Below, piece after piece: positions 52,316 to 64,000 of a stretch of DNA of 64,000 bases; position 1 is the first letter of the stretch; every line of letters starts with the position of its first letter. Source of the DNA: Vulcanimicrobiota bacterium. Its GTDB lineage: Bacteria; Vulcanimicrobiota; Vulcanimicrobiia; Vulcanimicrobiales; Vulcanimicrobiaceae. The notes beneath the pieces were generated by a model that worked only from the letters and a program-made list of their open reading frames with translations, searched no databases and was not told the origin of the DNA. Position numbers and translations under genes: made by a program. Location of the stretch: assembly GCA_963820825.1 (NCBI GenBank), contig CAWGBN010000008.1:1-64000 (forward strand), in the 5' to 3' direction.

Positions 52316-53400
52316 CCGGCGGTGGCGAGGGCCATTTCGGGGCGCAGATTCCAATACGTGTCGCGAATGACGGGCTTGAATCCGGCGCCGATGATGATGT
52401 TCTCGATATCGCGGCGCGTCGCTTCGTTGGTACTTCCGGCGTCGTGAACGACCTGTTCTTCGATGATCGTGCCGCCCATGTCGTCGCAGCCGTAGAAGAG
52501 GGCGAGCTGCCCCATCTTCAGCCCGGGCGTGAGCCACGATGCCTGCAGGTGCGGGAAGTTGTCGAGATAGAGCCGCGAGATCGCGAGCACCCGAAGATAC
52601 TCTAAGCCAGTCGACTCTTTGCCGCGCAGCGGCGTCTTGAACGGAACGTAGTACCACGGAATAAAGGCCGTGAAGCCGCCGGTCTCGTCTTGCAGTTCGC
52701 GCAGCACGTGCAGGTGCTCGATGCGCTCGGCCGGCGTCTCGATCGATCCGAACATCATCGTCGCGGTCGTCGGCATCCCGAGCAACTGCGCCTCGCGCAT
52801 GACGCCGAGCCATTCGTGCGGTTTGACCTTGCGCGCCGAGATGCGCTTGCGCACTCGCTCGACCAGAATCTCCGCGCCCGCGCCGGGCAACGATTTCATC
52901 CCGGCATCCTTCAGCCGCGCGAGCACGTCGCGGGTCGAGATGCCTTCCACGTGGGCGAGGCCGACGATCTCCGAAACGGAGAGCGAGTGTATGTCGGCCT
53001 GAGGATACTCGCTGCCGACTCGCTGGAAGAGCGTTTCGAACCAATCGATCCCGAGCTCCGGGTTCACGCCGCCTTGAATCATGATCTGCGTCGCACCCTG
53101 GTCGACCGCGTAGCGCACGCGCTCGAGCACCCGGTCGTGCGACATCGTATAGCCTTCTTTGTGCTGCTCGGGCCGGAAGAACGCGCAGAACGTGCAGTGG
53201 ACGTTGCAGACGTTGGTATAGTTGATCGTCGTATCGATGACGTAGGTGACGACGTCGCGCGGGTGCATTGCCAAGCGGCGCGCGTGCGCCGCCGCGCCCA
53301 GGTCGTGGATGTCGGCTTCGTTGTAGAGCCGCACGCCCTCGTCGAAATCGAGGCGGCCGCCCGTAGCGGCGCGGTCGAGCAGATCAGCTAGCGACGGCAC
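52312..53400 (-). CDS. mqnC: cyclic dehypoxanthine futalosine synthase
   Basis: [32 protein letters not shown]. Confidence 0.9.
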   Translation of the reverse strand: MPSLADLLDRAATGGRLDFDEGVRLYNEADIHDLGAAAHARRLAMHPRDVVTYVIDTTINYTNVCNVHCTFCAFFRPEQHKEGYTMSHDRVLERVRYAVDQGATQIMIQGGVNPELGIDWFETLFQRVGSEYPQADIHSLSVSEIVGLAHVEGISTRDVLARLKDAGMKSLPGAGAEILVERVRKRISARKVKPHEWLGVMREAQLLGMPTTATMMFGSIETPAERIEHLHVLRELQDETGGFTAFIPWYYVPFKTPLRGKESTGLEYLRVLAISRLYLDNFPHLQASWLTPGLKMGQLALFYGCDDMGGTIIEEQVVHDAGSTNEATRRDIENIIIGAGFKPVIRDTYWNLRPEMALATAG

Positions 53401-54217
53401 CGACGCTCTCCGGAAATGCGGGCAGCTCCGCAATCGCGCCGATCGCGAGCAGCTCGCGGCAGAAGCTCTCGAGCCCGTTCTGGGCGGCAACGTGAAGCAT
53501 GAAGTTCAACTTGCCGTAGTAAGTTTCGTAGAATCCCGGCGGCCGCGCAATTACTCGCTGCGCGAGCGCGACGACCTCGGCGCCATGCGAGCGCGACCAG
53601 GTGTACGCATCGGTCAGCGCGTGCATGCAATCGCGCACCTCACGCGGGTGTCGCTCGTAGGCTTCGCGACGCGCTGCCCACACGGCAAAGACCGTCTGCT
53701 CTCCGGTCCATTCGTGCCAGAGGCGTCCGAGATCGTAGACGTTCTCGGCCGGAAAGCGCTCGATTGCGTCGATCGCGGAGTCGCCGATGAGCAGCGTCGG
53801 ATCGCCGTTCGACGCGCGCTCGAACGGGTGCGCCTCGTCGATATACTTAGGGCGGATACCGTAGCGCCGTTCGAGGATGACGCGCAGCAAGTTGCGCCCG
53901 CTCGCCGATTCTTCGGTGACGAAGATCGAGCGGCCGTCGAGAAGCGACGGCGCGACGTCCGAGACGAGCACGACCGATACCACTTCGTCGCGCGCGCCGA
54001 TGCAGAGATCCGGCAGCAGAACGAGCTCGCGCGCGTTCGCCGCCCACGTGAAGGCACTGATCGGGCTCAAATCGAGCTCGCCGCACAGCAGCATCGCGTT
54101 GAGCCGCGCCGGCGTGTCGGCGTGGAGGGTGCCCGGATACGCGATCGCACCGGCATCGAACGCAGCGTAGATCGGCAAGTCGTTGGTGTACTTGATCCTT
54201 CCGCAACGCAAGGTCAT
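53384..54217 (-). CDS. mqnA: chorismate dehydratase
   Basis: GRIKYTNDLP; IGARDEVVSV; LLIGD; DLGRLW..VFAVWA. Confidence 0.88.
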   Translation of the reverse strand: MTLRCGRIKYTNDLPIYAAFDAGAIAYPGTLHADTPARLNAMLLCGELDLSPISAFTWAANARELVLLPDLCIGARDEVVSVVLVSDVAPSLLDGRSIFVTEESASGRNLLRVILERRYGIRPKYIDEAHPFERASNGDPTLLIGDSAIDAIERFPAENVYDLGRLWHEWTGEQTVFAVWAARREAYERHPREVRDCMHALTDAYTWSRSHGAEVVALAQRVIARPPGFYETYYGKLNFMLHVAAQNGLESFCRELLAIGAIAELPAFPESVGAVAS

Positions 54218-54229
54218 TGGCGAGTCACT

Positions 54230-54252
54230 CTTCGACACGCTCAGGATGACAC
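54230..54252. repeat. REP/MITE-like half element
   Basis: CTTCGAC..CGCTCAGGATGACAC; last 15 nt identical to 63061-63075. Confidence 0.6.
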
Positions 54253-55404
54253 AGAGGCGAACGCCGGCTCCGCCTTGGCTGAGGGTGGCGGCGTCCAGTC
54301 GTAGGGGAATTCGTCGTAGGTCGAGTTGCGGCGGACGGGCACGTAGCCGGCCTCTTCGATCAAGCGCCGAAACTCGCGATCGTCGACGTACTGCCCGGAC
54401 TGCGTTCCCGCCGAATGGTAGATCATCTCTTCGTCGGTCGAGCCGTGCGTGCCGTCCATGTCGTCGGCCCCGAAGTGGAGCGCAACTTGGCAGACTTTCA
54501 GCCCTTGGATCATCCAGTAGGCTTTGACGTGGTCGAAGTTGTTGCAGCATCAAGCGCGCGACGGCGAAGGTTCGCAGGTCGTCGAGTCCGGTCGTCCAGC
54601 CGCAGTACGAGAGCTCGTTGCCGTCGGGATGAAACGCGAGCGGAATGAACGCGTTGAATCCGGGCGAGCGCTCCTGCGATTCGCGCAGCCGGATCAGGTG
54701 GTCGACGCGATCTTCGAGCGACTCGATGTGCCCGTAGAGCATCGTGGCGTTGCTGGCGACGCCTTGGCGGTGCAGCTCCTCGTGAATCGCCAGCCAGTTA
54801 TCGCGCTCGAGACCTTGTTCGGGCAGATCTTCGCGCGCGTGTCCTCGGCGAAGAATCTCGGCCGCGCCGCCGTTGACGTTGTCGAGCCCGGCTTCGCTAA
54901 GCGCAGTGACGATCTCCGGAAACGACAGCCGGTGACGCTTGGCCATATACTCGATCTCGGCCGCGGTGAAGAGCGAGAGCTGCACGTGCGGCAAGCGCTT
55001 CCTTGAAGCGGCGCATCAGCGGCAGCCAATAGTCGAGCGAAAGCTGACGTGGGTCGTGGCCGCCGACGATGTGGATCTGATTGAAGTTCGTCCCGGTCTC
55101 GACGGCCTTGGCGAAGACCTGATCGGCCGTCATCCGAAAGACGCGCTGCGGCTCCTTGAACTCGTCGGCTGCGAACGAGCAGAACGTGCAGCCCGCAAAG
55201 CATACGTTGGTCGAGTTGATGTAGCGATTGAGAACGTAGAAGACTTTTGGCCGCTCTTGCGTTCCTTGACTCGTTGCGCGCCATGCGCCCGAGCCCGTGG
55301 ATGTCGGGGTGCGGTAGAGCGTCAGACCGTCGTCGAACGAAAGCGGAATGCCGCGATCGAGTCTTTCGCTCGATTTCGAGGAGCGCCGGGTCGGCATAGG
55401 TCAT
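54241..55404 (-). CDS. mqnE: aminofutalosine synthase (multiple frameshifts)
   Basis: INSTNVCFAGCTFCSF; GGAAEI; SNATMLYGHIE; FIPLAFHP; GADDMDGT across several frames. Confidence 0.85.
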
Positions 55405-55430
55405 GTCGCCCTATTCTACGCGCGTCGCCG

Positions 55431-56082
55431 CGGCCGCCGCAAAGACCCTGAACCGGCAGGACGACGGCGACAGAAATCAGCCGCGACGAGCGCGGCCGAG
55501 CAGCGCGCCGCCGACGAGGTCGGTCAGAATAGTGCGCGCCGAGCGCTAGGCGCGACCAGCAGATCGCGACCGCGAAGACCACGAGCAGCAACGCCCCGCG
55601 GCGATCGTCCGCAGCGCGCTGCGGCAACTCCGAGGCGTAGAGCAGTCGCGGCCCAGAGGCCGTAGAAGCCCGACCGCGATCGCTGCGTGCGAGCTCGGAT
55701 ACGAAAATGTGAGCTTCGTGCTTGACGACCCAATCGAGCCGGACGCGGCCGTGCAGAAATAGTGTTGGAAGAAGTCGGCTCCGCGCCAGCAGATCAAGCA
55801 GCATGACGATGCTCAACAGATGCGCACGCGCCACGCCCGCAGGACGCGCCACGCAACCACGAGCAGCACGACGGCAGATCGGCAGCAAGACACGTCGGAT
55901 AGCACGATCCACGTCAGCCACCACGCAATCGGCGCGCCTGATTGACCCAGTAGCGCTGCTCCCAACGCGAGCGAACGCGGCAGGCTCGCCGCTGCCGCGT
56001 CACCATCCTAGCCCAGCGCGAAGAAGAGACGCGAACGCGATCGTCCGGCGCAACCAGGCTCGCGATCGACGATCCGCGTCAC
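55431..56082 (-). CDS. PAP2-family phosphatase (heavily frameshifted; ends approximate)
   Basis: [19 protein letters not shown]. Confidence 0.7.
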
Positions 56083-58311
56083 GTACTCGCCGCTCGCGAA
56101 AAGGTCTTGCTGCGCGCCCTCGATCCTTACCCAGGCGCGAGCGCCATCATCTCGAGCTCCGCCGAGCCCGACGACGATCTTGCGCGGCTTCGTTCCTTCG
56201 TGCGGTCCCACGACCTTGAACTCTTCGAGCTGCTTCATCAAGCGCACCGCGCGCGGATGGCCGATCGAGAACTGCGACTGCAGCTGCGCGGTCGATGCGT
56301 AGTTCGTTTCGATGATGAACTTCGCGGCATCGTAGCAGAGCGGATCGACGCGTCTTGCCCGTCTCGTCGTCGTCGATCGGCACGACCTCGACGTCGAGCA
56401 GGTTGTCCGGACGCGCCTGGCGCGCCCAGAACTCGACGAGCCGGCCGACCTCCGACGCCGGTAATCAGCGCGCCTTGGGCGCGCACCGGCTTCGGCGCGT
56501 CGATGGGGAGATAGAGCATGTCGCCGCGCCCGAGCAGACGCTCGGCGCCGTTCATGTCGAGCATCACCCGCGAATCGGCCTGCGAGCTCACCGCAAACGC
56601 AATGCGCGAGGGCATGTTCGCTTTGATCAAGCCCGGTGATGACGTCGACCGACGGCCGCTGCGTCGCGACGACCAGGTGAATGCCGGTCGCGCGCGCGAG
56701 CTGCGCCAGGCGCATGATCGTCGTTTCGACCTTCGCCGGCGCGACCAGCATGAGGTCGGCGAGCTCGTCGATGACGATCACGACGTAGGGTAGACGCTTC
56801 GTCGGGATACTTCGCGTTGTACTCTTCGATCTTGCGCACGCCGGCTTTCGCAAAGCGCTCGTAGCGCGCATCCATCTCCTTGGTCATCTCGAAGAGCGCG
56901 CCGGCGGCGAGCCGCGGATCGGTGATCACCTCTTTGATGAGGTGCGGGATGCCGTTGAAGACGGTCAGCTCGACGCGCTTGGGATCGATCATCAGCATCT
57001 GCACTTGATCGGGCGTCGCGCGTCACGAGCAGCGACGCGATGATCGTGTTGAGGCAGACCGATTTGCCGGCGCCGGTCGCGCCGGCGACCAGCAGGTGCG
57101 GCATCTTGCAGAGGTCGCCGAAGACCGGCCGGCCGGTGATGTCTTTGCCGAGCGCCATCCACAGCGGCGGTATCTGACCGCGGTTGGGAATCGCGTCGAG
57201 GATTTCGCGAATCGCGACGACCGCGACGGTTGGGTTCGGAATCTCGATGCCGACCGCGGACTTTCCGGGAATCGGCGCTTCGATGCGCACGCTGGTCGCG
57301 GCCAGCGCCAGCGCGAGGTCGTCGGCCAGCGAGGCGATCTCGCGAAATCTTGACGCCGCGCTCGGGACTGAAGCTCGTAGCGCGTGATCGACGGACCGCG
57401 CTCGATGTGCACGACCTTCGCGCCGACGCCGAAACTCGCGAGCGTATCTTCGAGCACGTGCGCGCGATTCGATTCGTCGACCGACCTGCGCCGGCGGCGG
57501 GTCGAAAATCGAAAGATCGGGCAGCCGATAGGGCGCGTGCCGACGTCGTCTTCGGTTCGGTTCGCACTTCCGGCGTAACGCGCGACCGGTTCGCGCCGCG
57601 GAGCGACCGGCATCAGCGCACTTCGATCCGGAAACGGCGCAGGCGGCGTGCTCGAGTTCGACCTCGATCTTCGACGCCTCGATCGTCTCGACGGCGGTCC
57701 GGCCGGAGCGATCGGCTTCATCCGGCAGCGCAAAGGCTTCGCGCAGCGAGCCGTGGCCTTCCGGCAAGCTCAACGCGTCAGTGCGGCATCTTCGGCATGC
57801 GCAGCGGCCGCGATCCTCGAAGAAAACGATCGACGCGTCCGATGAGCTGCTTCAGACTCGCGTTGGTCAGCCAGAGCGTGAGCGAGAGCGGCGCGACCGA
57901 CGAGCACGATCCAGGCGCCGACGATTGCCGACCAGCGCGTGCAAGCGCCCACCAAATGGTGCGCGCCGACGGCGCCGCCGCGCGCCGAGCGCCGCCCGCG
58001 CCGAACATCGCGTGACGATCAGAAAAGTAGGCGACCGCGGTGCTTCCGAGCCCGCGATCATGCGCGGCACGTTGACTTCAAGAAGACGATCGCGCCGAGC
58101 AGGCGCGACGAGCACCGGGAAAAGCGGCGCCATGCCTCCAAAGAGATGGCGCAGCTCTGCCAGCGGTCCAGCGCGCCGACGGCTACCGGCGATGATGCGG
58201 AATCGCAAGCGAGACGCCGCTACAGAAGACGGCGAGTGCCAACGCGGCGATCCCGACGATCTCGAGGTTGATCCTGTTCTCGCCGTCGCCCTGCCGGCGT
58301 GCGCGTGCCAT
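56079..58311 (-). CDS. ftsK: DNA translocase FtsK (heavily frameshifted; ends approximate)
   Basis: [54 protein letters not shown]. Confidence 0.9.
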
Positions 58312-58348
58312 GGAATCTACCGCTTCGTCGTCACTACGGGAGTTCATT

Positions 58349-59433
58349 TTGACGTACGCCGACCCTCGTCGTCCTCGAGGGCGATCAGACCGGACAGGAG
58401 TTGCTGCTCGAAGCGCTGCGCGTGCTCGACCGTTCGGTGATCGACTTCGAGCTCGACGTTCGAGCAGCTACGACCTTTCGCTTGCGAATCGCCGCGCGAA
58501 ACGCAAAACCACGTCGTGCTCGACGCCGCCGAAGCGATCACGCCAGCACGGCATCGGCCTCAAAGCCGCAACGATCACGCCCGAAGCGAAAGGACGACGT
58601 CGGCTCGCCCAACCGCATTCTTCGCGAACGCGATCGACGCGAAGCGTCATCGTGCGAACCGGCCGCAGGCTGCCGCGCGTGCGTCCCGTCGCCGGCATCC
58701 ACGCTCCGATCTCGGTCGTGCGCATGGCCGTCGGCGATGCGTACGGCGCCAAGGAATGGCGCGAGGGCGAAGGCGTCGACGAAGTCGCGCTACCGCACCG
58801 AAACGATCTCGCGCGGCGTCTGCCGCGACGTCGCCGAGTACGCGTTCGCCCATGCCAAGAAAAGGCGGCGCGATCGTCTTCGGCGGCCCGAAGTATACGG
58901 TGAGCCCGGTGTACGAAGGCATGCTCAAGGAAGAGATGGATGCCGCCGCCGCGCGCCATCCTGACGTCGACTACGATCCGCAGCTCATCGATGCGACCTA
59001 CGCCCTGCTGCTCTCGGCCGCCGGGCGACAACGCCGCTGGTGATTCCCGCGCTCAATCGCGACGGCGACTGCCTCTCCGACTTGGTCATGCAGCTCTTCG
59101 GCTCGGTCGCCGGCGCCGAATCGATCGTCCTTGCCTTCACGGCGACAACTCGGGACGCGGTGGAGAGTTTGACGCCGATCGTCGGTCATGGCCGAGGCGC
59201 CGCACGGCACCGCCCCGCGCCTCGCCGGCAAGAACGTCGCCAATCCGCTGGCGATGATCCTTGCCGCCGCTGCCGTTCTTTCGTACATCGACGATCCGCG
59301 CGCCGCCAACGCTTCGCGCGCTATCTACGAAGCGGCCATCGAGGCGATTCAAGATGGCATCGCCACCGCCGATCTCGGCGGCCACGCACGACCACGGAGT
59401 TCACCGACGCGGTCATCGAAAGCGTTCGGCTAG
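58349..59433 (+). CDS. isocitrate/isopropylmalate dehydrogenase family (frameshifted)
   Basis: EGDQTGQELL; GLKAATITP; NRDGDCLSDL; AEAPHGTAP..NVANPLAMI. Confidence 0.85.
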
Positions 59434-59536
59434 GGCAGTCCGCCGTCTGTAGCTCCAACCCGCCGACGCGTTCTTCAAGCCGATCGAAACGATAGCCGAC
59501 TTGCTGGAATCTGTCTTCGACGCGGTGTCGGCGCCA

Positions 59537-61238
59537 TTAGACTTCCATGACGACGGGGATGACGATCGGGCGGCGTTTCGTCCGCGCGTAGACGGCACTG
59601 GCTAGGCCGCTGCGAATGTGTTCCTTGACGGTGTTGACGTCGCGCAGCCCGTCGACCGAGATTTCTTGGATCGTCTACGCAACTCGGCGCGCAGTTCGTC
59701 GAGCACGCCGTCGGCTTCGGGAAGTAGAAGACGCCCTTGAGATGAGATCGGGACCGGCGGTGACGCGCGCCTCTTCGCTGTCGATCGCGACGACGACCAC
59801 CATGATGCCGTCGTTCGAAAGCGCCTTGCGATCGCGCAGCACCGCCTCGCCGACGTCGCCGACGCCGGAGCCGTCGACGAAGACGTGGCCGCCGTACGTC
59901 TTGCCGATCTTGTCGCCGATACTCGGCCGTAAACTGCAGCACGTCGCCGTTCTCCAAGACGAAGACGTTGCCGCTCTCGACGCCGGTCTCGCACGGCGAG
60001 TCGCCCGTGCTGCGTCGAGCATCCGGTACTCTCCGTGAACCGGCACGAAGAACTCCGGACGCATCGAGTTGAGCATCAGCAGCAGCTCCTCTTGCGACCC
60101 GTGTCCGGAGACGTGCGATCGTCCGTCGGTACCGTGAATGACGGTCGCGCCGAGCTTCGCGAGGTTGTTGACGGTCTTGTACACGCTCTTCTCGTTGCCG
60201 GGAATCGGCGTCGCGCTGATGACGACCGTATCTCCGGGAACGATGCGAAACTTCGCATGGTCGCGCACCGACATGCGCGCGAGTCCGCTCATCGGCTCGC
60301 CTTGCGATCCGGTCGTCACCACGAGCGATCTGCTCGGGCGGATAGTTGTCGATGTCTTCGATCTTCACTACGGTCTCCGGCGGAATGCGCAGATGCTCCA
60401 GCTCGCTGGCGAAGTGGACGACGTTGCGCATCGAGCGGCCCAGGAACGCGATCTTGCGGCCGAAGCGCACGGCGTGGTCGACGGCCTGCTGAATGCGCGG
60501 AACGTTCGAGGCAAACGACGCGATGACGATCCGGCCTTTGGCGTGAGAGAAAGATCGAGGTGAAGGCTTCGCCCACGATGCGCTCCGAGAGCGTGTGGCC
60601 GGGCGCGCTCGGCGTTGGTCGAGTCCGAGAGCATGCAGAGCACGCCCTCGTCGCCGATCCGCGCGATGCCGCGCGAAGTCGGCCGGGCGTCCGTCGATCG
60701 GCGTCTGATCGAACTTGAAGTCGCCGGTGTGAAAGATCGTACCGACCGGCGTGCGCAGAGCCAGCGCGCAGGCACCCGCCACCGAGTGGTTGACGTGTAC
60801 GAACTCGGCCTCGATCGCTGCCGTAGCGCACGCGGTTGCCCGGCTGCACCTGCGTGAACTCAGTCTCGCCGAGACGCTGATCGCGCGATTTCGCCTTGAT
60901 GAGCGCGAGCGACAGCGGCGTGCCGACGATCGGTGTCTGCGGAAACTCGCGCAGGAAGTAGGGAATGCCTCCGATGTGATCCTCGTGACCGTGCGTTACG
61001 AGTAGAGCTCGCAGCTTTGGCGGCACGTTCGCGGACGTAGGTGAAATCGTTGATGACGATGTCGACGCCGTACATCTCGTCGTCGGGAAACATGAGCCCG
61101 CAGTCGACGACGACCATGTCCTCGTTGGTCTCGATCACGGTCATGTTGCGACCGATCTCGCCGCAGCCGCCGAGCGGGACGACGCGAACGTAGGGTACCT
61201 CGGGCGGAGGCCGGGACGGTCAGGGTGTCGGTGCTCAC
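59537..61238 (-). CDS. rnj: ribonuclease J (frameshifted)
   Basis: THGHEDHIG; HTGDFKFD; SDSTNAE; TGSQGEP; HVSGH; PVHGE. Confidence 0.92.
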
Positions 61239-61309
61239 GACCGGGTCCTTTTGCCCAATGCCCTTGCTCCCCCGCGCCTTCGTCGTGAATTGCATCGCGG
61301 AGGTTGCCT

Positions 61310-61630
61310 ATGACAATCGTCGCCTTACTCTCGCTGCTGCTCGTTGCAGCCCCGGCCGGGACTCCTGCGGCGGCCTCGAGCCGGCTGGCTCCCACCGCAT
61401 CGCCGGCGCTCTCGCCCGACGAGCTCTTCTCCCGGCGCGCGCTGCGCCGCGCCCGACTCCTCATTCAGATGCGCGTCTTCCAGCTGCGCGACGAGCAGCT
61501 CGAGTGCATCCGGGAGGCGCTGCGGCGACGGCTGCCCGATGCGCTCTGGCGCGAGCTGCCCTCACCCTCCCGAGGAACGCCGAACCTGGCCGCGGCGGTC
61601 TCCCGGTGCACGGAGATCTTGCAACTCTAG
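61310..61630 (+). CDS. small secreted hypothetical protein (possible indels)
   Basis: GGAGG RBS; signal-peptide-like N-terminus. Confidence 0.5.
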   Translation: MTIVALLSLLLVAAPAGTPAAASSRLAPTASPALSPDELFSRRALRRARLLIQMRVFQLRDEQLECIREALRRRLPDALWRELPSPSRGTPNLAAAVSRCTEILQL

Positions 61631-61767
61631 CTCAAGCAAGCGCCCTGACGGGCCGCTCGCGGTTCCCGGGCGACCAAAAAATGACAAGTTCGTGAGCACC
61701 TGCGACTTTTTGCCGTTCATCAAGTAGATGACTGGCAGAGAACACTCTGCGCCTACGGAATAACTTG

Positions 61768-63030
61768 ATGGTGAAGAATCGCATATTGCCTACGCTTATT
61801 GTCGGCCTCGTCGGGGCCGTCGTTGGAAGCTTTCTCATGATGCTCTACGCGACCGGTCACTTCGGCGGAGCGACCGGACCCGATCGCACGCCGCCGGCGC
61901 TCGCTGCCGTGCCGCTCAGCGGCGTCAGCGACCAAGATCGCATCGTGAGCGCGGTCAAGCGGACCAAGTCGTCCGTCGTCGCGATCACGGAGCAGGTGAA
62001 CGGACAGCAGGTCATCCCCGCCGATCCGTTCTTTCAACAATTTTTCGGCGGTCAAGGCCCAGGCATCGTTCAGCCGTATCGAGGCGAGGCCTCGGGCTCG
62101 GGTTTCGTGATCGACGGCCAAGGCGACATCGTCACGAACGCGCACGTTCTCCAGCCGCCCTCCGGCGGTAAGGTGACGAAGCTGACGGTCGTCTTTGCCA
62201 ACGGCGATCACGTGCCGGCGCACGTTGTCGCGTACAATCTCGCGGCCGACGTCGGTTTGCTGCGCGTCGACCACTACTCGAAGCTGCCGCCGCCGCTCGA
62301 GCTCGCCGATTCGAACAAACTCGAGCAGGGGCAGTGGGCGATCGCAATCGGCGAACCGCTTCAGCTCCAGCAGACCGTTACCGTCGGCGTCGTCTCGGCA
62401 TTCAATCGCTCCGAGCCGATTCCAACCGAGAACGGCGGCGAAATCGACTTCAAGGGTCTGCTGCAAACCTCGGCGCCGATCAATCCCGGCAACTCGGGTG
62501 GTCCGTTGCTCGACATCGACGGCCAGGTGATCGGGATGAACCAATCGACCGTCAAGTCGGCGTACGCGCAAGGCATCGGATTCGCGATCCCGTCGAACAC
62601 GGTTCGCAACGTCGTCGCCTCGCTGCAGCGTAACCCCGGCGCGCACCAGGGAACCGATACCGGCTTCCTCGGCATTTACATGGCGAACCTTACGGCCGGC
62701 GTCAAGAACCAGATCGGCTACAACGGCAGCTCCGGCGTCGCGGTCCAGCAGGTCTTCTCCGGCTCCCCGGCCGACCAGGCCGGCATCGCGCCGGGTGACG
62801 TCATCCTGCAGGCCGACGGCAAGGACTTCGGTAGCATCAAGGACCTCCACGACTACATCGCCTCGAAGAAGCCGGGCGACACGATCCGGCTCAACGTCTG
62901 GTCGGGAGGCATGAAGAAGTTCGTCGCCATCAAACTCGGCGAGACCCCGGCCGAACAGCCCGTCTCGGCCGAGCAGCAGCCGCAGCAGGGCCAGCAGCAG
63001 CAGCCGCCCGACGACCAACAGCAACCCTAG
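61768..63030 (+). CDS. htrA: HtrA/DegP-family serine protease with PDZ domain
   Basis: GSGFVI; TNAHV; INPGNSGGPL; C-terminal PDZ. Confidence 0.93.
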   Translation: MVKNRILPTLIVGLVGAVVGSFLMMLYATGHFGGATGPDRTPPALAAVPLSGVSDQDRIVSAVKRTKSSVVAITEQVNGQQVIPADPFFQQFFGGQGPGIVQPYRGEASGSGFVIDGQGDIVTNAHVLQPPSGGKVTKLTVVFANGDHVPAHVVAYNLAADVGLLRVDHYSKLPPPLELADSNKLEQGQWAIAIGEPLQLQQTVTVGVVSAFNRSEPIPTENGGEIDFKGLLQTSAPINPGNSGGPLLDIDGQVIGMNQSTVKSAYAQGIGFAIPSNTVRNVVASLQRNPGAHQGTDTGFLGIYMANLTAGVKNQIGYNGSSGVAVQQVFSGSPADQAGIAPGDVILQADGKDFGSIKDLHDYIASKKPGDTIRLNVWSGGMKKFVAIKLGETPAEQPVSAEQQPQQGQQQQPPDDQQQP

Positions 63031-63102
63031 TCGTCCTTCGACTTCGCCGCTGCGCGGCTTCGCTCAGGATGACACGTCGAGATGACACGCCGAGGATGAC
63101 AC
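63031..63102. repeat. REP/MITE-like element with GATGACAC x3
   Basis: CTTCGAC..CGCTCAGGATGACAC; GATGACAC again at 63081 and 63095. Confidence 0.6.
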
Positions 63103-63313
63103 AACGAGAGGGTCCACCTGCAACCATGGGGACCCTTTCCTTGTTGTAAATAGCGAAACAACTGTTGCCGCGTATCGAGTATGATGATGCGGTATCCCCT
63201 ATCCGATTTGCCGTAAGCGGCAAGGCGTCGCCGGAGGTCCGGCGCTCGGGCTTTCACCTCGGCCCGGCGCGCCCCCGGCACTAGCTGGTCCAGTGCAGGT
63301 CGGAAAATCTTAA

Positions 63314-64000
<687 letters not shown>

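Noticed and set aside
53384..54994. MqnE-MqnA fusion ORF (536 aa)
   Set aside because: Produced by indels; the MqnE C-terminus lies in the 54241-54513 frame and MqnA has its own ATG at 54217
54500..61300. Programmed frameshifting or real pseudogenisation of ftsK, rnj, mqnE
   Set aside because: Too dense, no slippery motifs, affects core genes in one contiguous block

Overview
High-GC bacterial chromosome segment. The gene content (many lipoprotein 'LYGTT' GloVer-type propellers, NHL-type lipoproteins, lipoprotein phosphoesterases, futalosine menaquinone pathway) suggests Candidatus Eremiobacterota/Vulcanimicrobiota; this is inference. The left ~42 kb is accessory: secreted and lipoprotein genes, transporters, an infA/zinc-ribbon/desaturase operon and scattered remnants of a sulfatase-associated cluster. 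The right ~22 kb is core: secA, deacetylase, LCP, rimO, yajQ, rodZ, mnmA, mqnC/A/E, PAP2, ftsK, icd-like, rnj, htrA, partial dnaK. About 54.5-61.6 kb is full of frameshifts that look like sequencing indels. Main findings: (1) an integration hotspot in the last codons of secA, with a displaced copy of the secA 3' end at 33.1 kb that rebuilds a tyrosine-recombinase-like core site (8-bp inverted arms, 7-bp overlap), and further degenerate end copies; (2) three decayed copies of an HTH tail ('SLAACSRxRAGAxVPHPRHW', resembling stand-alone Cas1 C-termini), each placed before a lipoprotein cargo gene; (3) a truncated IS110 whose intact bridge RNA guides match its own left junction; (4) a low-GC class III cyclase at the island edge; (5) six propeller lipoproteins with conserved framework and Cys-rich variable loops. 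No CRISPR array, tRNA or rRNA was seen.
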